Below, one piece after another: positions 59,001 through 64,000 of a stretch of 64,000 bases of DNA. The stretch spans positions 6,138,001-6,202,000 of the forward strand of contig NC_087437.1 of the NCBI RefSeq assembly GCF_036321535.1, written 5' to 3'. Both the position numbers and the translations under genes were made by a program. Each line of letters starts with the position of its first letter. Within the stretch, counting starts at the first letter, position 1. The notes below the pieces were generated by a model. The model had not been told where the DNA came from. It was given only the letters and a program-made list of their open reading frames with translations, and did no database searches. This DNA comes from Camelus dromedarius (lineage: Eukaryota).

Positions 59001-61227
59001 TATTCCTGGCTTTTATTGGTTGACCTTATATGAAAATATGCCCTAGAGCTGTGCTGCTATGAATTCTGCATTTAACCCAAGTGTCAGATTCACAAGTAAG
59101 CTCATTATATTGTAAGAGCTATTGCCTACTGAGTAGAAAAATATTCATTTCACACCTTAAATACTATAATACTATTTAATAACAGCATTGGCCTGCCAAC
59201 TATTAAAAGCTCATTTTTATATACTGTACTACCTGAGCTTTTTATCTTGCCTTTTTAATTACAACAATATAGTAATATCTTAACATTACAACACTGACAG
59301 GCATTGATTAAAACTATATTAGTTAACAACATTAGTATTTATTGTGCAAAGTTGTATTAGGAGTTTGCTTCAAAGTACAATTATCATTCAATAATACTAA
59401 GATACTTTAATCTTCAAACTACTCAAGAACAAAACAAACTACAAGATAATACTGTGCCTTCACACTGACACATTTCTCTTAACTTTATATTATATCCATT
59501 ATTTGTTATCATTAGCTAAACTACAATGTAATTGTGAAATATAATTTACCAACAAAATTTATATATACATGAGGATTTTCCTTCCTTTGAAATACACCTT
59601 TATTTTCCTTTTGTCTTGGGATTTTTTAAAATTGTATTTATATCTAATGCTATTTCCACCATGCATTTCACATATTATCACATTAGCATTCCTCAGTTAC
59701 ATGCCAAACATGAGCATTTATTTAAATATCTCTTAAATTCACCTTTTGTTGTTGTTGGGATCAACATGTTCAGATAGAGGATTCCACCTATTACTTAGTA
59801 TGTGAAATTCCAAGCTTTCTCCTGCACTTCCGCACTAAGAGAGGGCTCCAGAGCACTCTAACCCTTAGCAGGTAGGACGGGTGCAGAAAACATGACGACA
59901 GCACACGAGCCTCGCTGCCGCGGTAATGCCCTTCTACAACACCACGGGAACGTAGCCTCTTGTAGCACCCGTGACTCTTGAATGACTGATTATTTCTAAA
60001 GACCCCAAATGGCATAAAATAAAGATGTCAAGCATCTCAATTACCATCTCATTTCTGGAATTCATAAACAAATTGTAAAAACTTTCACAATGACTGCATT
60101 CTTGTTAAGTGCTTCGTGTGTATAAGGCCCTACTGTAGATGTTAGAAGCTTGCCTGGGAGCTGAAGGAACAAATGATGTAGTTCCAATCATGTATATAGA
60201 ATGTACAGTCAAGAATATAAAGAATCTAAGCACAAATTCCATATTTATGATACAAAAGAAGGAATTACAGCTTAATATTCAAATGTTTCCAAGTGAAGAG
60301 TGGTTCCTGCATATATTTTACAGCATCAATATGCAAGTATCAGAACTTATTAACCATAAGGACAACGTACTCCATCAAAGGATTTCTTCAAGAATCTGCA
60401 CTGCTACCTACAACACCAAAAGGTGTTATTACTGAATCTGTACTTTATTCTCCCTAAAAGAAAACAATCCAGTTCTTATATCACTTTGGTTCAGCAGGTG
60501 GATTTCAAATACTACTGGAAGTACTTTAATATTTCCACTTCCAAGGTTTCCCTGTTAAGAAGATACAAAATCCAGAAACGTTTACTCAAGCAAATTCAAG
60601 TTACATAGAGAATATTAACAAATGACTAGATAAGATGCATGTTTTCTTAATGAGTGTATCCTTTTTAAAAATTGCTAATTGAGATGTAACTGCCCTGTTT
60701 GCTGAGGAGTCAAACAGGATATTAACAAACAGCCCTTAACATAAGCATGGATTACACTTCAGACTCTCTCAGATGCTCATAAGCAGATACTCTGTATTAT
60801 CAGGAAACTTAGGCAAACAAAGGAAGCCTTTAGTACCATAAGAGAGATACGGAAAAACAAAAACAAAAATGCATTATGATGAAGCTTAATACTACATGTG
60901 CATTCATTCCAATTATCTTGCTATAGGATAACAACAGATATTTACAGTGAGTCCATTTACTCAAGAACTAAGAATTGTTATATTTCCCCCTACTCAATAA
61001 GCTTGCAGAACAACTGCGTAACACAATATTCTTTGCATTTGTCGTATTTTTAAAGCACAGATTACAGGTCCTCACTAGTCTGAGATCAGAATCCTCTAAG
61101 ATTAGGTATCTTGTACATTATCTTGTAATATTATGTATCTATGCATTCATCACCTACCTATAGGAATTAAAAGTCCCATCAGAATCTAAAGTAGAACTTG
61201 CTCTTCTTCCATTTTTATTTGAATCTC
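7839..61227 (-). CDS. TBC1D5: TBC1 domain family member 5 (Rab7 GAP), partial: 10 internal coding exons, 898 nt
   Basis: Exons join in frame with matching intron phases and no stop: (G)[298 protein letters not shown](L). Recognised as mammalian TBC1D5; TBC motifs IxxDxxRT and YxQGM are present. Confidence 0.98.
8640..9700 (+). mobile_element. L2 LINE remnant
   Basis: Pyrimidine-rich decayed L2 motifs ('tctctacttacac..ccctgagtgagctcagcc...ggcttcaact'). Confidence 0.65.
11430..11762 (+). mobile_element. MER58B-like hAT-Charlie MITE
   Basis: Begins 'aggggttgacaaacttt..ctgtgaagagccagatgggaaatatttt' and ends 'ggcctgcaggcagtagtttgccc'. Confidence 0.85.
12030..12600 (+). mobile_element. L1MB-type 3' end
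   Basis: 'gaaaacatatgttcacacaaaa...atattatatgattccatttatatgaagtgtccagaaaaggcaaatcc...aatactaaaaaccactaaattgtac' followed by an A-rich end. Confidence 0.88.
13090..13159 (-). CDS. TBC1D5: TBC1D5 coding exon I (70 nt; AMFSQLM...DGQK)
   Basis: Acceptor tttttag|T, donor AAG|gtaaat; phase 2 to 0; 94-nt intron to exon H. Confidence 0.96.
13254..13304 (-). CDS. TBC1D5: TBC1D5 coding exon H (51 nt; EEMKTLL...HDAY)
   Basis: Acceptor ttttttaag|T, donor CTA|gtaagt; phase 2 to 2. Confidence 0.95.
14816..14904 (-). CDS. TBC1D5: TBC1D5 coding exon G (89 nt; GMHELLAP...AQPS) with GC donor
   Basis: Acceptor gtttcag|GGC, donor AAG|gcaagt (GC-AG consensus); phase 0 to 2; AG+T gives Ser with the next exon. 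Confidence 0.94.
16490..17640 (-). mobile_element. Old L1 (L1ME-type) remnant
   Basis: T-rich antisense L1 ORF2/3' motifs ('atcatttactgaataatccattttctccc'); similar fragments at about 19600-20000 and 20400-20720. Confidence 0.65.
17935..17990. repeat. Imperfect (CA/TG)n microsatellite
   Basis: gtgtgcatgtgcacacacataagtgtgcacacacgcacacacacacac. Confidence 0.8.
20165..20310 (-). mobile_element. MIR SINE
   Basis: 'gaaactgagg...ttgcctaagattgtgcagctaataagtggtagagttgagattcaaac...cttaaccact'. Further MIR fragments near 3100-3280, 7560-7720, 23070-23190, 39540-39680, 44890-45030, 54690-54830, 58200-58330 and 58660-58830. Confidence 0.8.
21567..21669 (-). CDS. TBC1D5: TBC1D5 coding exon F (103 nt; FPEMQFF...LYKQ, Gln finger)
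   Basis: Acceptor tttttcag|G, donor CAG|gtaatg; phase 2 to 0. Confidence 0.97.
22336..22628 (-). mobile_element. MER2/MER2B-like TcMar-Tigger MITE, inserted in an L2 remnant
   Basis: 'atccatgggttcc..tctgtagattcaaccaaccatggatcaaa...aaagcaaaacttgaatttgc...aaccaatccctcatgaatatcgagagg'. Confidence 0.8.
25920..27240 (-). mobile_element. L1MC-type 3' remnant split by an MLT1 LTR
   Basis: L1MC motifs 'ctagaagataaagactctttaaaaacataaccatagtacca' and 'gtgctgtgtgcttccatcaggaggcatacat' lie on either side of the LTR. Confidence 0.7.
26520..27001 (+). mobile_element. MLT1E/F-like MaLR solo LTR
   Basis: 5' 'cacaaatcctt..cactcctccctt..aggtggggagccaaacttccctccc' and 3' 'tttggggtagtt..tgcagcagtagatgactggtaca'; decayed 5-bp TSD ggcgg/gttgg. 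Confidence 0.85.
28080..29300 (+). mobile_element. MLT1-type LTR followed by MaLR internal sequence
   Basis: LTR motif 'cctcccagcttcctt..cagttagctgtggccacatg...gtggaagtgatgtgtg'; LTR end 'gtaatagataacaaacaca' near 28601, then the MaLR-int start 'gatgttgatacctgaaactgggttgttgct'. Confidence 0.75.
30872..31118 (-). mobile_element. Young artiodactyl/camelid L1 3' end (5'-truncated)
   Basis: (TTTA)n tail then 'ttgaagtacagtcagttacaatg...ggttattacaagatattgaa..agttccctgt'; sister copy at about 37.2 kb. Confidence 0.8.
32384..32567 (+). mobile_element. MER3-like MITE
   Basis: 'ctgtccaacagaacttcctatgatgctagaaatg...tttaaatagccgcatgtgcctggtggctacc..actggacagcaca'. Confidence 0.85.
33990..36880 (+). mobile_element. 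Old L1 (L1MC/MD-type) 5' part: 5'UTR, ORF1 remnant, start of ORF2 endonuclease
   Basis: ORF1 motifs 'caacctagaattctgtaccctgcaaaattatcc..caaaagtgaagg'; EN motifs 'caagacccaactgtatgttgcctacaagaaacccactt' and 'ctctcagaccacaa'; multiple frameshifts. Confidence 0.9.
37170..37397 (-). mobile_element. Young artiodactyl/camelid L1 3' end (5'-truncated), second copy
   Basis: 'ctgaagtacagtcagttacgatgtgtcaatttctggtgtacag...ttgcaaatctcaaactc' is clearly homologous to 30900-31118. Confidence 0.8.
37400..38045 (+). mobile_element. L2 LINE 3' remnant
   Basis: 'ctgtcccctcggcctggaacgttcttccc...cagctcaattgtcacct...gagagcagggccttgtct...cattcagtaaa'. Confidence 0.75.
40293..40360 (-). CDS. TBC1D5: TBC1D5 coding exon E (68 nt; SLWNKFF...DVKRT, Arg finger)
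   Basis: Acceptor tttcag|AGT, donor AAC|gtatgt; phase 0 to 2. Confidence 0.97.
41464..41538 (-). CDS. TBC1D5: TBC1D5 coding exon D (75 nt; HITNPRK...[12 protein letters not shown]29-binding loop)
   Basis: Acceptor ttccgcag|CAC, donor GGG|gtacag; phase 0 to 0; visible in ORF 41281..41565. Confidence 0.96.
41636..41725 (-). CDS. TBC1D5: TBC1D5 coding exon C (90 nt; LFLCVLP...VKEI)
   Basis: Acceptor poly-T ggacag|CTC, donor ATC|gtaagt; phase 0 to 0. Confidence 0.96.
43169..43277 (-). CDS. TBC1D5: TBC1D5 coding exon B (109 nt; KEWEELF...ICWK, contains LIR1 WEEL)
   Basis: Acceptor gtctag|G, donor AAG|gtaagc; phase 2 to 0; partly visible in ORF 43019..43240. Confidence 0.97.
47015..47046 (-). 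promoter_or_regulatory. CTCF binding motif (core plus upstream motif)
   Basis: Minus strand TGCAGTgcagattagttgCCACTAGATGGCAC; the core fits CCASYAGRKGGCRS at every position and TGCAGT sits at the usual upstream spacing. Confidence 0.7.
49667..49877 (+). mobile_element. MER3-like MITE
   Basis: 'cagcactgtg..acagaactttctgagatgacagaaatgttctctat...tttaaatagcctcatgttgccagtggttcctatattggacag'. Confidence 0.85.
50208..50242. repeat. Compound (CT)n(CA)n microsatellite
   Basis: ctctctctctctctcacacacacacacatacacac. Confidence 0.85.
53147..53246. repeat. Imperfect (TA/CA)n low-complexity microsatellite
   Basis: catatatatataatacatatataacacataacacatatataataatacatatgt... Confidence 0.85.
55140..55497 (+). 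mobile_element. MLT1A-type MaLR solo LTR, full length
   Basis: TG...CA termini, 'cccccaaattcatat..tgaatcct', 'cagcctctagaactgtgagaagtaaatttctgttgtttataagccaccc'; about 358 bp. Confidence 0.92.
55935..56080 (-). mobile_element. tRNA-derived SINE, camelid Vic-1 type
   Basis: Sense strand GGGGGGAAGGTATAGCTCAGGTGGTAGAATGC...GGGTTCAATCCCCAGTATCTCC has Pol III A and B boxes, then an AT-rich tail and 'cctaattacctccccc'. Confidence 0.85.
61158..61227 (-). CDS. TBC1D5: TBC1D5 coding exon A (70 nt; GDSNK...NSYR)
   Basis: Acceptor tttttttccag|GA, donor TAG|gtaggt; phase 1 to 2. Confidence 0.95.
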
Positions 61228-64000
61228 CTGGAAAAAAAATTTAGAAACACTGAAATAATGGAGATTATGAAACTGCGTATTTCAGTTGAAAAGTTACTGT
61301 GACAGGTCCATGCAGTACACTGAGTCCAAAAACATATACCACTTACCCTTTACCCCTCCCCCAAATATCTTTTGTAATCAGAACCTTTAAGCAAAAAATT
61401 CATTTTGATGCTAAAATATAGGCTACCACCACCACTCCAACTTGGACAGCACTACACCACAGTAACTGCTAACAGGAACAAATGAAGTATATAGTACAGC
61501 CATTTTCTTCTTCTGAATCGCAGACAAAACCAAAATTTATAAACCATTTAATCATACACTAATGTTTACAAACAGAGCGCAACTTTTATCAGCGACCAAG
61601 TCACCCATCCTGTCCACTGCTGGAGCAGGCAGAGAGCAGACCTGGAATGTTTTCCCGGCCCGGCCCTCCACGCTCTAGGAACTTGGCCAGCAGACAGGGA
61701 GAACAGAGAGCTGCCTGGAGAGGGGGTGATCAACAGTGCCTTCCAGCGAGCTTTTAATACACCTTCAAAATCTTCCCCAAACTTTTATGTTTTAACTGTG
61801 GGCAAAAGTTCAGAAATTTAAAAAAATTGAAAAAAAAAAACCAAAAAAACTCAACATCAAAAGGTATTTCTTCCTCATGCAGTAATATCAAACTTTTAGG
61901 GAAAAAACATTTGCACTTGAGCCTATTCAAAAAATTAGATTGAGAACAAATTCTACCTATCAGTTTAAAGATCACAGAATAAAAATACATTTGCTAAAGA
62001 AGTTAAAAAAATGTTTACCAATGACACAAAATATTCTTATTGAAGGAAATTTAATTTTAGCTTAAATTTTAAAATATGTACTTCAAAGTGTACTTTTTAT
62101 GAAACCATAGTCTACTACTACTAAACACATCATTTATTCTCAGAAACAAATTAAACAGACCAGAATCTGATTACATTTTATACTAATTCCTGTTATGTAA
62201 CTTTCAAACATCAGGTTATATTCACTTTTGTGATATTTAAAGCCTAATAATTTAATGATTTATCCAATTTTAACTTATACTTTTAATCCATTCTGAACAT
62301 TCTAAGGTACCACTGGAGATCATCACAGTGGTCTTGTTAAGTCAAATAGCAATTACACAGCTTTCAGTTTAGAGATGAAATTATTTTTAATTATTGAATA
62401 TAGCATTTAAGGTACCATACTTATATGATTATGCTGCTCATTAAAGGGTTATTGAAAGCTAAAATGTAATTTTAATGACAGTTACCTATTTTTCTTTGCA
62501 CATTTTATAGTTGACAGATTAGTCAAGAATGTCGGCTCTCTTCAAAATCTTTGCAGCTGCACACAAGTGTTTAGAAGAAGGAGAACTGGTCTGAACCCAC
62601 TTAACTAACTTTTAAGTCTACTCTTTCTTCAAAATATACTTTAAGGTGTTTTTTTTTCATTAAACAAAAACCCTAAAATGGATTACAGTATTGGAAAATG
62701 TTGCCAAATTCTATAGAAGAAAATAATCCAAAACACTTAAATGTTTAAGATCAACCTCGTTGAATATATTTTGTTAATTCTTGGAAAACATGGGTACCAT
62801 AAGATAACTCAAACAACATATTTCATTTTCCTTTTTAAAAAATTAATGGTATTATCATAAAGAAATGAAAAAGATTTCAGGAAAAATAGTCTCTGCCTTG
62901 CTAAGTGAAAATTTCCTACAACACATGTTATTTAACAGCTTGCAGACGTTTCCTGTGAAACGTTCCATAATCAGCATAGAATAAGTACTATATCATAGGT
63001 TTAAAATACGAGCTTTCCTTCTCCTTAAAACTAAAGATTATGATTACTTAAATATACAAAAATCTCACCTCTCACCAACAGAGTATCTCTTGCCCTCTGC
63101 TGATATTTATCATATCAACTGTAAAATATTTCAAAATTAAGACACTTCCAGTTTTTTAAACAACTAGGTTTTGCCATCAAAATATATTACAAAGGTTTTC
63201 TTCATTTTATACCTGTTTGGAAATGAATATATCACGTTGAATGTAACCTTCAAAGATGGTAATAAGGAAAAAAAGCAGTTTTACTTTCTCAAAAACATAC
63301 CGAATAAGGAATACAACTGTTTCTCTAAACGATATTAGAGAGAAGATTTCAGAGTTTGCTATACGGGGAAAAGGTAATAAAGTTTTGAAGTGGGAAAAAC
63401 TGCTTTGTTCCTTCAATCCTCTAGTTGAAATTAATTATAGCAAATGTTTATGAAAACATCTGTTCCTTACAGTTATAAATTCTTAATTTTAGTATGGATG
63501 ATCCCAGACTCTTATTTTGGAAGGAAACTATCTGACAATTGAAAGGTTTTCAAAAGAACAGACAGAATTTGTAATTCTAGAAAACTGTATACACAGGGTG
63601 CTATGTCCTGTATAGATTTTCATTTTTGTGTGTGAAATACTTGGAGGGGCTTAAAATTGGTATCTAGGAAAAATCAAAGACAAACACAAGGTCTCATTTT
63701 TCATTTAAGCTGTTATGCAATAAAAAACATATCTGTATCATGAGAAAAAATAACTAAGAATTAAAAACAAATGCTACTTTACTATCAATCTAATCTGGAG
63801 GTAAGTATAATAAACTAAGTATTAATTTTATCAGAGATTTTAGTTAGTCTAATATAGTCATGGAAAGGTGTGTGTGGTATTCCCCCAAAATAACAACAGA
63901 GGGTGCAAGAGAGTTTAATATGATGTGTTTAGTTGCTGTTCTGATTACTGAACCAAGTTGTCAACTGTAACTGTAACAAGGATGCATAGGTTATTTTCAA

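Noticed and set aside
61225..61230. NAGNAG acceptor (CAG|GAG) at exon A
   Set aside because: A distal GAG is rarely used when the proximal site is CAG; no evidence from sequence alone.

Overview
Mammalian genomic DNA, most likely camelid (judged from a Vic-1-type tRNA-derived SINE and the style of two young L1 3' ends). The window lies inside TBC1D5, the Rab7 GAP that partners retromer, on the minus strand. I placed ten coding exons by hand (898 nt, 61227 down to 7839). They splice into one uninterrupted frame covering roughly residues 33-332 in human numbering from memory, including LIR1 (WEEL), the VPS29-binding NNPL loop, the Arg finger (IEQDVKRT) and the Gln finger (YKQGM). The start codon and 3' exons lie outside the window. 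The rest is intron with L1, L2, MIR, MaLR LTRs and hAT/Tigger MITEs, some nested. None of the supplied ORFs is a real stand-alone gene. I found no convincing novel multi-gene system. The best leads are unusual splice sites around functional TBC1D5 motifs, sharp exon-to-exon GC3 swings, a CpG-decayed 70-bp templated insertion into a MIR, a perfect 91-bp tandem duplication, a full CTCF site with upstream motif, candidate intronic enhancers, and faint RT motifs of a very old LINE. Repeat family names come from recalled consensus sequences, and repeat boundaries are approximate.
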